This document shows positions 1 through 8,800 of a DNA stretch of 19,194 nt, one piece after another; within the stretch, counting starts at the first letter, position 1, and the number at the start of each line of letters is the position of its first letter. The notes beneath the pieces were generated by a model. That model did not search any database. It saw only the letters and a program-made list of their open reading frames with translations, and was not told the origin of the DNA. The stretch is from Phycisphaeraceae bacterium (GTDB lineage: Bacteria; Planctomycetota; Phycisphaerae; Phycisphaerales; Zrk34). Location: assembly GCA_040905565.1 (NCBI GenBank), contig JBBDRF010000069.1:1-19194 (forward strand), given 5' to 3'. The position numbers and the translations under genes were made by a program.

Positions 1-1
1 G

Positions 2-2569
2 GTTGATGTACTCGTCGAGCGAAATGTCGGGCCAGTAGTTCACCAGCTGGATCTGCGCGTTGGGCGAGCCGATGCGGTCGATGCGGCCGTAGCGCTGGAT
101 GATGCGCACCGGGTTCCAGTGGATGTCGTAGTTGATCAGATAGTCGCAGTCCTGCAGGTTCTGGCCCTCGGAAATGCAGTCGGTGCCGATCAGGACGTCG
201 ATCTCGCCGGGTTCGTTGGGCAGGACGACGTCCTTCTCCTTGGACCGCGGCGAAAAGAGCGTCAGGACGCCCTGGAAGTCGTAGGTCTTCTTCAGCGTCG
301 TCTTGGGCGCGTCCGAGCCCGTCACCTTGCCGGTGTGCAGACCCAGCTGCTGCGCGAACGGGGCCAGGTTGGCGAAGAGGTAGTTCGCGGTGTCAGCGAA
401 GGCCGTGAAGATGAGCACCTTCCTGTTGCCGGGGTTCAGCGGATCGGCAACCTTGCGGTCTATGACGCCCTTCAGGTGCTGCAGCTTGGCATCGTCGTCG
501 GGCCCGACCTTCTCCATGGACGCGACCAGCTCCTCGATGAGGAGCAGATCGGCCTCGAGGTCGTGCTTCCAGGAAGGCAGGTCCATGTCGGCCAGACTGA
601 TCTGGACCTTCTTGCCGACCGTGAACTCGTCGAGCCCCTCAAGATCTTCGTCCTCGGCCTCAAGGGCATCGAGGTCCGTGAGGGGGTCAGTGACGCTTTG
701 CGAGCCTCCGGACCGCTCGAACTCTACAATGGCGCCGAGCGTACGTGAGATGTTTCCTGCAAGGGACCGCAGTGTGAGCCGGAAAGCCTCAACCGAGCTT
801 TCCAGGCGTTTGAGGAGATTGGTCGTCATCAAGGCCTGAAGGCTGCGCTCGCGATCTGCCTGCCGCAGCTTGCCGCGGCCGCCCTCGACCTGAGTGTCGT
901 AGATCTCCTCGTATTTGCGCAGGCGGCTCGGCAGGATGTAGCTAATGGGCGCATAAACCGCGAGCTTCAGCACCGAAAGTTGCCCAAAGATATCGTCCAG
1001 GCCCATCACGTCTTCGCGTCGTGTGATCGGGCAGTGGAACGACACTGGCTTCCGCCGTTCGGGGAACTTGCCAATGTCCTTGGTGTCGTAGAAGGTCTCG
1101 ATGTGCTTGCGGGACCGCGCGATGGTCACCGCATCGAGCAGTTCAAAGAAATCGAAGTCCAGCGCTTTGAGGATAGATGCGGCATTCCGCTCCTCCGCTG
1201 GGAGCGTTGACCATGCATTGAAGGCCTTCTGCGCCCGCCGAAAAATCTCCTCGACACTCATGTCCGTCTTCAAGCTGCGGCTAAGGTTCTCGGACTGCCC
1301 CTCGTAGGCGAGGTTGAGCTGGTTGCGAAGATCGGTAAAGCGGTTGTTCACCGGCGTCGCCGACAGCATGAGAACCTTGGTCTTCACGCCTGCGCGGATG
1401 ACCTGGTTCATCAGCTTCTGGTATCGGGTCTCCCGGTCCTTGTAGATGTCGTTATTGCGGAAATTGTGGGACTCGTCGATCACGACGAGATCGTAGTTTC
1501 CCCAGTTAACGCGATTCAGTGGAATGCCGAATGACTCGCCGGACGTTCTGGAAAGGTCCGTATGGCACAGGACATCGTAATTGAAGCGGTCCCTCGCAAA
1601 GATGTTGGTCGTCAAGTTTGTGTTGTAGTTTCGCCAGTTGTCAGCAATCTTTTTCGGACAGAGCACCAAGACGGCGCGATTCCGAAGCTCGTAGTACTTG
1701 ACGACTGCGAGCGCGGTGAAGGTTTTGCCCAGGCCAACGCTGTCGGCCAGAATGCACCCATTGTAGGTCTCCAACTTGTTGATGATGCCGGTCGCCGCGT
1801 CCTTCTGGAAGTTGAACAGCTTGTTCCAAACGAGGCTATCACGGTAGCCAGTGAGATCGTTAGGCAGAACGTCGTCGTCGAGGTCCTCCAAAAAATCCTG
1901 AAAAATATTGTACAGCATCATAAAGTAGATGCGTTCGGGGGAGTTTTCCTGGTAGACTGACTCGATGTGGTCGCAGATCGCCTCCGTGACATCCTTCACT
2001 TTCTCTGGATCAGACCAGATCTGGGTGAAGAGCTGTAGATACATCTGCGCGTGGCCCGCATCGTCGAACCTTGTCACGAAATTCGAAACGGCGTCGCCCT
2101 TCTGGTATCCGAGGTCGACGGCGGTGAAGCCGCTGATCGGCATATAGGCGATACCCTCGGCGCCGCTTGCAACATGCATGAACTGCTGCATCGGCGCCTT
2201 GGTCGTGTTTGACCGAAACGTAGCCTTCTTTCGGATCCAGTCAGCACATTCGCGGGCCACCGCCCTTTGCGTGAGTTTGTTACGCAGCTGGATCTCGAAC
2301 TCAGTTCCGTACAGGCCGCTTTCACGCATTGCCTTCGGAATGAAGAACTCGCGCCGTTCTTTTCGCAGACGGTCGGTGACCTCCGTCGGCACAAACGTCG
2401 GCGCCGTGAAAATGAATTGCAGGCTCTCCACCTTGGAAAGCTCAGTCTTCAGGGCTTCGAACGCATAAATCGAGAAGCACGACGCCGCAATTTTCAGCCG
2501 CGAGCCGCGATCAATGGTCGACTTGACGTCATCGCCAAGGAGCTGGGAGGTGTTGTCGATTACCTTCAT
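2..2569 (-). CDS. SNF2-related SF2 helicase (type III R-M-associated type), 3' end outside the window
   Basis: Manual translation from ATG 2569 (MKVIDNTSQLLGDDVK...) is open to the window edge (856 codons, no stop seen). Walker A GCILADSVGLGKT, Walker B LVVIDESHNFRN, motif III MLSATPVNN, and C-terminal motifs TDCISEGQNLQD and YDIHWNPVRIIQRYGRIDRIGS. Confidence 0.93.
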   Translation of the reverse strand, partial: MKVIDNTSQLLGDDVKSTIDRGSRLKIAASCFSIYAFEALKTELSKVESLQFIFTAPTFVPTEVTDRLRKERREFFIPKAMRESGLYGTEFEIQLRNKLTQRAVARECADWIRKKATFRSNTTKAPMQQFMHVASGAEGIAYMPISGFTAVDLGYQKGDAVSNFVTRFDDAGHAQMYLQLFTQIWSDPEKVKDVTEAICDHIESVYQENSPERIYFMMLYNIFQDFLEDLDDDVLPNDLTGYRDSLVWNKLFNFQKDAATGIINKLETYNGCILADSVGLGKTFTALAVVKYYELRNRAVLVLCPKKIADNWRNYNTNLTTNIFARDRFNYDVLCHTDLSRTSGESFGIPLNRVNWGNYDLVVIDESHNFRNNDIYKDRETRYQKLMNQVIRAGVKTKVLMLSATPVNNRFTDLRNQLNLAYEGQSENLSRSLKTDMSVEEIFRRAQKAFNAWSTLPAEERNAASILKALDFDFFELLDAVTIARSRKHIETFYDTKDIGKFPERRKPVSFHCPITRREDVMGLDDIFGQLSVLKLAVYAPISYILPSRLRKYEEIYDTQVEGGRGKLRQADRERSLQALMTTNLLKRLESSVEAFRLTLRSLAGNISRTLGAIVEFERSGGSQSVTDPLTDLDALEAEDEDLEGLDEFTVGKKVQISLADMDLPSWKHDLEADLLLIEELVASMEKVGPDDDAKLQHLKGVIDRKVADPLNPGNRKVLIFTAFADTANYLFANLAPFAQQLGLHTGKVTGSDAPKTTLKKTYDFQGVLTLFSPRSKEKDVVLPNEPGEIDVLIGTDCISEGQNLQDCDYLINYDIHWNPVRIIQRYGRIDRIGSPNAQIQLVNYWPDISLDEYIN

Positions 2570-2603
2570 CGCAGCAGCATAGCTCTAGATAAATTGTCCA
2601 ATT
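2570..2603 (-). promoter_or_regulatory. Putative leaderless promoter of the helicase gene with an AATTG-N2-CAATT palindrome
   Basis: Minus-strand TATGCT (2581-2576) lies 6 nt before the ATG and there is no SD. Palindrome AATTGTCCAATT at 2592-2603. Confidence 0.35.
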
Positions 2604-2959
2604 ATTACAGTCGGTGAGCATTAGCATTCGCACTCGCCCGCTGTAGGTTCATCGTCAGCATCCTTGGTGATGGAATCAAGCAGCCAGCAGTCGCAAAGGC
2701 TTTCCAACGCTGGTGTTAGCTCTTCGGGATCGATCGCGAGCCTTAGAATTACTGGCGTGACATTGTAGAACGTGCGGGATCGGCGATCAAGTTTGAGGCC
2801 TGAGGACCTTGCAGTCTTAAAGACCTAGGACTGGAGCAGCCCCGAAGCTCATCTCTACCGCCGCCGCACTGGTGGCAAAAGTAGTGAAATGCCATGAGTG
2901 GTTGGGGCCGACCCAGCTGTAGTTCGGCGGCATGATGGGCAATTGATGGAGAGGCGCGT

Positions 2960-3147
2960 CATAGATGTCTGTCACCGCAGAACGGTTTCGAGAAGCAGAT
3001 CGTCACGGGAACGAAGGCTTTCGGCGGCGCCGGTCTGCGCTGTGTGCTGAAGTTTGCCGCCATAAATGCGGTGAAGCGTTAGGTGTGACCGTCTTGCCTC
3101 CTGAGCGTGGCTTTCCGGCTTGTGCGGGCTATGCCGGATGGCCTGGG
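2960..3147 (-). mobile_element. Possible orphan non-coding right end of an IS110-family element
   Basis: No credible CDS. The minus strand has a short ...PGHPA-stop followed by about 170 nt of GC-paired sequence ending GTGACAGACATCTATG, which resembles IS110 right ends from memory. It abuts a truncated gene at CTAG 3148-3151. Confidence 0.3.
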
Positions 3148-3151
3148 CTAG

Positions 3152-3458
3152 ATCGACGCTGCCGGGGGCAGAACGGACCTTGTCTATCAGGAGCCGCTTG
3201 AGATCAGTGCGGCACCCGTGGCACTCGGCTTTGTGCTGACGGAATGGAAGCGAACGGATGAGGACCCGGAGCGAGCGTTTGCGGACGCAAAGCAGCAGGC
3301 GGCGCTCTATTCTGACGACGTGATGGCCGGTCTCGAGTTGGTGAGCCACCGGTACCTGATCGTCGTGTCGGCAAGGCGAATAGCGCCTCCTCCGGATATC
3401 ATTGACGATGCCGTGACCTACCGGCACATCAGTATAGCAGTCGAGCCGGAGCAGCCTT
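3152..3458 (+). pseudogene. C-terminal fragment of a PD-(D/E)XK nuclease-like protein
   Basis: The frame opens right after TAG 3149-3151: IDAAGGRTDLVYQEP...LTEWKR...AKQQAALY...TYRHISIAVEP. D...EWK and QxxxY fit a restriction-endonuclease-like fold. There is no N-terminus or proper start. Confidence 0.5.
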
Positions 3459-3461
3459 TCG

Positions 3462-3581
3462 ATGGAGATCAGCCCCGCCTATGTCCCCGCCGAGCGCCGG
3501 CAGGCCGAGACCGGCAAGGATGCGATTCTCGACGGCGACGGCCGGACCTTCGCGCATGTGAAGAAGGAGCGGTTGGGGAGG
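3462..3581 (+). pseudogene. C-terminal remnant of a phage/island-type DNA methyltransferase
   Basis: MEISPAYVPAERRQAETGKDAILDGDGRTFAHVKKERLG matches the characteristic tail (MEISPAYVDVAVERWQ..TG..AILDGDGRTF...ERL) of alphaproteobacterial prophage N6/N4 methylases, here degraded. Confidence 0.7.
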
Positions 3582-3618
3582 CGCGATTTGCAGGTTGCGA
3601 TTTGTGCCCGCCGATCAT

Positions 3619-5229
3619 TCATTTCCCGGCTGTATTCTGCCTTTCCCTCTCGTCTGGAACACCGTAGCCGCCGCCGCCGCAGGTGCGCACGGTGACTAGA
3701 TCACCTGCGTGAATGCGAAGGTTGGTCTTGCCCGGTAGGGCGGTTTCCCGGTCCTCGCCACGCGGCTGAAGCGTGATCTCGAAGGTCGCGCCCGGCTCGC
3801 CACCCTGTAGGCCATAGGGCGGCACGTCCCGGCGTTCGAACATCGTCGTGAGCATCACATCATCGACGCGCATCCGGTAGCCACGCTCTTGACCATCTCC
3901 ACCCTTGTGGTGCCCCGCTCCGCCTGAGCCCCTGCGCACCCGGTGGAAATCGATGTCGATCGGGTATTCGCACTCGATGATCTCGTTTGACGTGTTCATT
4001 ATGTTCCCCATGTGTACGCGAACCACTGAACAACCGTCGCGGTCGATGCGCCCGCCCTCGCCGCCGGTATGAACCTCATAGAGGGTCACCCACCTGCCGT
4101 CTTCTCTAGTGGCGCCGAAGATGGCCAGGCCAGCGGTCGTCGGCCCTCCAGCAGTCAGGCGTTCAGGCACCGCTGCCTCGAGCGCCAGCATCGCCGCGTC
4201 TACGATACGCTGGCAGGTTTCGTGATTGCCGCCGACGACAGGGCGGTCAGGACCGGCTTCACAGATTGAGCCAGGGCGTGTAATGACTTCGATCGGACGG
4301 TAACAACCAGCCGAGGGCTGAATGTCGGGACCGCATACTGCCTTCATCACGTAAAAGGCCGAAGCGCCGGTGATGTATTTGGTCGTGTTGATCGGCCCAG
4401 GCACATGATCGTCCGAACCGGAGTAGTCGAAGGTTACGGTTTCGTCGCGCACTGTAATCTTCACCCGGATGATTGCGGGCGGGCCCCCATGGCCGTCATC
4501 GTCCATGGAATCCTCGCCCTCATAAACCCCGTTTGGCAGGCCGCGGATCGCCTCACGCATTTGCGCCTCGGCGTGGTCGTGCAAGGCGGCGAAGACTTCT
4601 TCGGCAAAGTCGGCGCCCCACTTTGCGAACATCTGCTGAAATCGCTGATCGGCGGCGCGCGTCGCTGCCATCTGCGCGAAGATGTCGCCCCGGCAAGTCT
4701 CCGGCGCGCGCACATTGGCGAGCACGATCGCAAGCTTTTCCTCGTCCGGCCCTTCAGCGGTAAAGACTCGCAAAGGGGGAATGCGAAGGCCCTCCTGCCA
4801 GGCATCGTAGGCTTGGCAGAAGTAGCTGCCCGGTGCGCCGCCGCCGATGTCGGCCCAATGTGCGAGACTGACAGCGAAGGCGCGGACGCGACCACCCGAG
4901 AAGATCGGGCGCAAGAGCTTGACGTCCGGCAGGTGGTTTCCGCCTACATGAGGCAGATTTAGCATCCAACAATCGCCCTCACGCAACTTCTCCTTTGGTA
5001 CCCGCTTAAGGAACTCGCGCACCGTGTAGCTCATAACCCCCATATGCATCGGCATATCCTGGCCTTGGGCGACCTGATTTCCGTCGGCATCAGTGACGGC
5101 GGATGACAAGTCCCCCGCCTCGCGCAGCACTGGTGAGCGAGCCGCACGCATCACCACCGACGACATCTCCTCGGCGATGGAGGACAGGCCGTTGCGCAAG
5201 ACTTCGAGCATGAATGGATCTACGCTCAT
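3619..5229 (-). CDS. hyuB: Hydantoinase B/oxoprolinase family subunit (ATP-dependent cyclic amide hydrolase, catalytic subunit)
   Basis: 536 aa with IAEEM...RAARSPVLREAGD, GGNHLPD, HWADIGG, QEGLRIPP, GSGGAG..KGGDG and TCGGGGYG. Start overlaps the upstream stop (ATGA, 5226-5229). Confidence 0.93.
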   Translation of the reverse strand: MSVDPFMLEVLRNGLSSIAEEMSSVVMRAARSPVLREAGDLSSAVTDADGNQVAQGQDMPMHMGVMSYTVREFLKRVPKEKLREGDCWMLNLPHVGGNHLPDVKLLRPIFSGGRVRAFAVSLAHWADIGGGAPGSYFCQAYDAWQEGLRIPPLRVFTAEGPDEEKLAIVLANVRAPETCRGDIFAQMAATRAADQRFQQMFAKWGADFAEEVFAALHDHAEAQMREAIRGLPNGVYEGEDSMDDDGHGGPPAIIRVKITVRDETVTFDYSGSDDHVPGPINTTKYITGASAFYVMKAVCGPDIQPSAGCYRPIEVITRPGSICEAGPDRPVVGGNHETCQRIVDAAMLALEAAVPERLTAGGPTTAGLAIFGATREDGRWVTLYEVHTGGEGGRIDRDGCSVVRVHMGNIMNTSNEIIECEYPIDIDFHRVRRGSGGAGHHKGGDGQERGYRMRVDDVMLTTMFERRDVPPYGLQGGEPGATFEITLQPRGEDRETALPGKTNLRIHAGDLVTVRTCGGGGYGVPDERERQNTAGK

Positions 5230-7229
5230 TGTTCTAATCCTACAGTAATGTGGATATGACCGTGCGTGTCCGCGTGGAACTGATCGCCCGGAGGGATCAC
5301 GATAGTTGACCAGGTGTCCTCAATCAGAGCAGGTCCATCGACCATCTCGCCTGGAACGAGAGCACCGCGGTCGTAGACTGGCGTGGCCAGGAGGCCGCCA
5401 TGTTCGAAAACGCATTCACGGCTCGAGGGCTCGCCAGGACCTGTACAGTCGCCCTGGCCCTTCACCGCTCTGTCCGCACGGTCGCTGATAGTGACGCGGA
5501 TCGACGCCAGTTCCCATGGCTCATCGGTGGCGAATCCGAACAACGCTTCGTGAATCGCGAAGAACTGCCTTTCCAGCGCCGCCTGATCCCCGAACTCGGC
5601 ATCGGGAACCGGCACGTCATAACTCTGGCCTGAGTAACGCACCAGCGCGACGTAATCGAGGCGACAGCTCACCGGGTCATGCCCACTTTCAGCCACGGGC
5701 ACAGACACTGTTTGGCGAAGGTCCTCGACGATATTCGCGAGTTCCACTGCGTCCCATTCGACGCTCTTCATGTTGATGGTGCGCTGCCGCGAATACTTCA
5801 TCTGTGCCGCCGCGCAACCTAATGCCGAATAAGCGCTCGAGAAGGCGGGCACGAGTACTTTCTTGATACCGTATTGCCGGGCAACGAAGGCCGCATGCAT
5901 CGGTCCGCCGCCGCCGAAGGCCGTCAGCACACATTCGCGCCCATCGACACCTCGCTCCACTGTCACCTTGTTGAGCGCGCGCGCCATGTTGGAATGCGCC
6001 ACCCCCAAGATGCCGATTGCCACCTCTTCGGTCGAGCGTCCCGTCTCCTCGGCGATCGGTGCCATAGCCCCTACCGCAGCCTCGCGGTCGAGCTTGACCG
6101 CGCCGCCCAACGTGCGCGCAGGGTTCAGGTAGCCAAGCACGATATTCGCGTCCGAGACCGTCGGGTCAGTGCCACCACGCCCATAGCAGGCCGGCCCTGG
6201 GAAGGCTCCGGCGCTCCGTGGCCCGACGACCAGCGCGCCAGCATCCATCCGCGCGATCGAACCGCCGCCGGCGCCAATGGAGTGCACTGCCACCATCGGC
6301 AGTCGGATGCGCCGTTCCGCGAGCTCGCGCTCTAAGGAAATCTCTGCTTGGCCGTCGTTAATCAGGCAGGTGTCGGTCGTCGTGCCGCCCATGTCGAAGG
6401 TCAGCGCGCTGTCGATGCCGAGGGCCTTGATCGTTGCGACGGTCGCGGCCACACCCGCGGCCGGTCCGGATAAGGCCAGTAGCAGCGGATGTTCGCCAAT
6501 CGTCTTGGGTCTCGACATGCCACCCGAGGAATGAAAAAAGTTCAAATCACTATCGGCGGGCTTCAATTCATCAATACGCCGGAGGTACCGGTGGACGCGG
6601 CCGGTGACCGAAGCCGACAGCACCGTGGTATTGGTGCGTTCGTATTCGCGGATCTCCGGGCTGATGACACTACTCAAGCACACATGATCGACAACGTCTC
6701 CAAGTGCTTTGCTGAGCGCGATTTCATGCGCAGGGTTGCGGTAACCGTGAATCAAGCAAACGGCAACAGCTTGCACGCCGCTGGCCTTCACCTGGGCAAC
6801 CACACGAGAGATCTCCCGCTCGCTCAGCGCAGTCACTACGTTGCCATTGCGATCCATGCGCTCGTCGACTTCGAAACGTAGGTGCTCCGGAACCAGGGGA
6901 GGCAGCTTCGACAGCGCGTTGAGATGATAGATCGAGCGCCGCTTTGTCCGGCCGATGGCGATCACGTCCGAAAATCCCTTGGTCGACACCAGTGCCACCG
7001 TGTCATTCAACCCCTCCACGATGTCATTGGTAACCATCGTCGTGCCATGGGTGAGTTCCGCTACTTCGTCCCATTGCAGGCCGACGGCGCCGATCCCGGC
7101 AAGCAGCCCTTCAACCGGATCGTCTTTTCGTGAGGGCACCTTGGCGGCGCGTACCTCGCCCGAAGCATCGTTCGCCGCAATTACGTCGGTGAAGGTACCA
7201 CCGATATCAAGTCCTACTCGCCAATGCAT
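5226..7229 (-). CDS. hyuA: Hydantoinase A/oxoprolinase family subunit (ATPase subunit)
   Basis: DIGGTFTD, HGTT, REYERTNTT, SGPAAG, DMGGTTTD, GAGGGS, SAGAFPGPACYGRGG and RYSGQ motifs. Start is ATG 7229 or GTG 7247. Confidence 0.93.
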   Translation of the reverse strand: MHWRVGLDIGGTFTDVIAANDASGEVRAAKVPSRKDDPVEGLLAGIGAVGLQWDEVAELTHGTTMVTNDIVEGLNDTVALVSTKGFSDVIAIGRTKRRSIYHLNALSKLPPLVPEHLRFEVDERMDRNGNVVTALSEREISRVVAQVKASGVQAVAVCLIHGYRNPAHEIALSKALGDVVDHVCLSSVISPEIREYERTNTTVLSASVTGRVHRYLRRIDELKPADSDLNFFHSSGGMSRPKTIGEHPLLLALSGPAAGVAATVATIKALGIDSALTFDMGGTTTDTCLINDGQAEISLERELAERRIRLPMVAVHSIGAGGGSIARMDAGALVVGPRSAGAFPGPACYGRGGTDPTVSDANIVLGYLNPARTLGGAVKLDREAAVGAMAPIAEETGRSTEEVAIGILGVAHSNMARALNKVTVERGVDGRECVLTAFGGGGPMHAAFVARQYGIKKVLVPAFSSAYSALGCAAAQMKYSRQRTINMKSVEWDAVELANIVEDLRQTVSVPVAESGHDPVSCRLDYVALVRYSGQSYDVPVPDAEFGDQAALERQFFAIHEALFGFATDEPWELASIRVTISDRADRAVKGQGDCTGPGEPSSRECVFEHGGLLATPVYDRGALVPGEMVDGPALIEDTWSTIVIPPGDQFHADTHGHIHITVGLEQ

Positions 7230-7314
7230 GATATTTCGATCTTCCACTTAAGCCGTTAGTTGGTTCGCCATCTCCAACTTTGAATACGCGCGACCTTTGT
7301 TGTAGTGCGACCGC

Positions 7315-8733
7315 TCAGGTCCGTGTTGACGCGCGGAGCGCGCCCTCGCGGTGGAGTTCCTCGGTGACGAAGGCGAAGGCCCGCTCGAGCCCAGCGACAA
7401 GTTCGTCGACATCGGCCTCGCTGCAGCACAGCGGCGGCGACATCGCGACGACGTCGCGGTGCGGGAGGGCACGGACCATGATCCCCTCCTCGTATCCGCG
7501 CTTCATCACACGGCCCGCGGCACCGAGCACGGGATCGAGGGACGTCTTCGTCGTGCGGTCGGCGACAAGCTCGATGCCGAGCATCATGCCCACACCGCGG
7601 ATGTCGCCCACGAGCGGGTGGTCGCCGAAGGTCTGGACGAGTTTCGCCTTCATGTAGTTGCCGACACGGTCGGCGTTCCCGCCCAGATCCTCGCGCTCGA
7701 TAATGTTGATGTTGGCCAGCGCCGCGGCGGCGCACACCGGGTGAGCAGAGTAGGTGTAGCCGTGGCCGAAGCTCGCGACCTTCGAGGCGGTCTCCTCGAG
7801 CACGTTCCAGACCCGCTCGCTGATGACGGATCCGGAGATGGGCTGATAGCCGCTCGAGATCCCCTTGCCCAGCGTAATGAAGTCGGGCCGGATGCCGAAT
7901 CGCTCGGAACCGGACCACCGGCCGACACGCCCGAAGCCGCAAATTACCTCGTCGACGATCAAGAGCACGTCATGCCGGTCAAGGACGGCCTGGATCGCGG
8001 GGAAGTAGCCCTCGGGCGGTACCAGGACGCCGCCGGTGCCCATGACGGGCTCGGCAATGAAGGCGCCAACGGTATCGGGCCCCTCGCGGAGAATGAGCTG
8101 TTCGAGCTCGGTGGCGAGAAAGGTCGAGTACTCGGCCTCGGTCATCTCCTCCGGCTTCTCGCGGTACTGGTCGACCGAGTGGGTGTGGAGAAAACCGGGC
8201 AGAGGTAGGTCGAAGTACTCCTGGTAGATAGGAAGGCCGGTGAGGCTGCCGCTGCCAAGCCCGACGCCGTGATAGGCCCGGTTGCGGGCAATGATCTTCT
8301 TCTTCTCAGGCCGTCCGAGAAGGTTGTTGATGTACCAGACGAGTTTGATGTTGGTGTCGTTGGCGTCAGAGCCGGACAGTCCGAAGGAGACCTTGGACAT
8401 GTTGTCGGGCATGAGCGACATGACCTTCTCCGCGAGCCGGATGACCGGCTCGTGCGAGGCACCGTTGAAGGTGTGGTAGAATGCGAGATCGTGCGCCTGC
8501 GCCGCGATGGCGTCGGCGATTTCGGTGCGCCCGTAGCCGACATTGACACACCACAGGCCGGAGGCGCCGTCGAGCATGCGTCGGCCGCTGCGATCGGTGA
8601 CGTGCACGCCCTGGGCGGAGGAGATGATGCGCGGCCCGTTGACGAGGTGGTCGGCGATCGAGGTGGCCGGGTGCAGGAAGAACCGTTTGTCCACATCCTC
8701 GAGGGGGAGGTTATGGATAGCAGACGTTTGCAT
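7315..8733 (-). CDS. Class III (omega-type) PLP aminotransferase
   Basis: SGLWCVNVGYGR, SGSDAND, AYHG, FIAEPV, DEVICGFGRVG, PLP lysine in TLGKGISSGY, HGYTYSAHP. Likely start is ATG 8733 (MQTSAIH); the 27-codon extension to 8814 runs through the operator and IS end. Confidence 0.95.
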   Translation of the reverse strand: MQTSAIHNLPLEDVDKRFFLHPATSIADHLVNGPRIISSAQGVHVTDRSGRRMLDGASGLWCVNVGYGRTEIADAIAAQAHDLAFYHTFNGASHEPVIRLAEKVMSLMPDNMSKVSFGLSGSDANDTNIKLVWYINNLLGRPEKKKIIARNRAYHGVGLGSGSLTGLPIYQEYFDLPLPGFLHTHSVDQYREKPEEMTEAEYSTFLATELEQLILREGPDTVGAFIAEPVMGTGGVLVPPEGYFPAIQAVLDRHDVLLIVDEVICGFGRVGRWSGSERFGIRPDFITLGKGISSGYQPISGSVISERVWNVLEETASKVASFGHGYTYSAHPVCAAAALANINIIEREDLGGNADRVGNYMKAKLVQTFGDHPLVGDIRGVGMMLGIELVADRTTKTSLDPVLGAAGRVMKRGYEEGIMVRALPHRDVVAMSPPLCCSEADVDELVAGLERAFAFVTEELHREGALRASTRT

Positions 8734-8767
8734 GGCTGGGGTCCAGTTTTGAAATCGGTCAAGCCGT

Positions 8768-8796
8768 CTTGTAATTTGTAAGTACAGATTACGCAA
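8768..8796 (-). promoter_or_regulatory. Putative sigma70 promoter with overlapping 22-bp operator palindrome
   Basis: GTAATTTGTA-AG-TACAGATTAC (8771-8792, 9/10 arm match) overlaps minus-strand TTGCGT-17nt-TACAAG, 35-60 nt upstream of the aminotransferase ATG. Confidence 0.65.
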
Positions 8797-8800
8797 GTTA

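Noticed and set aside
2..2569. Assigning the helicase to DISARM, BREX or Zorya
   Set aside because: No partner genes are visible in the window, and the N-terminus fits the type III R-M-associated family better.
119..2617. Plus-strand ORFs 119-748, 980-1210, 1562-1960, 2267-2617 and similar
   Set aside because: Antisense shadows of the helicase frame with no motifs.
3218..3667. 149-aa ORF as an intact gene
   Set aside because: Chimera: a nuclease-like fragment reading out of frame through the methylase remnant and into hyuB.
7258..7279. AGTTGG/CCAACT inverted repeat between the aminotransferase and hyuA as a terminator
   Set aside because: Only a 6-bp stem with a 10-nt loop and no U-tract on the coding strand.
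7351..8208. 285-aa plus-strand ORF
   Set aside because: Antisense to the high-GC3 aminotransferase; an expected artefact.
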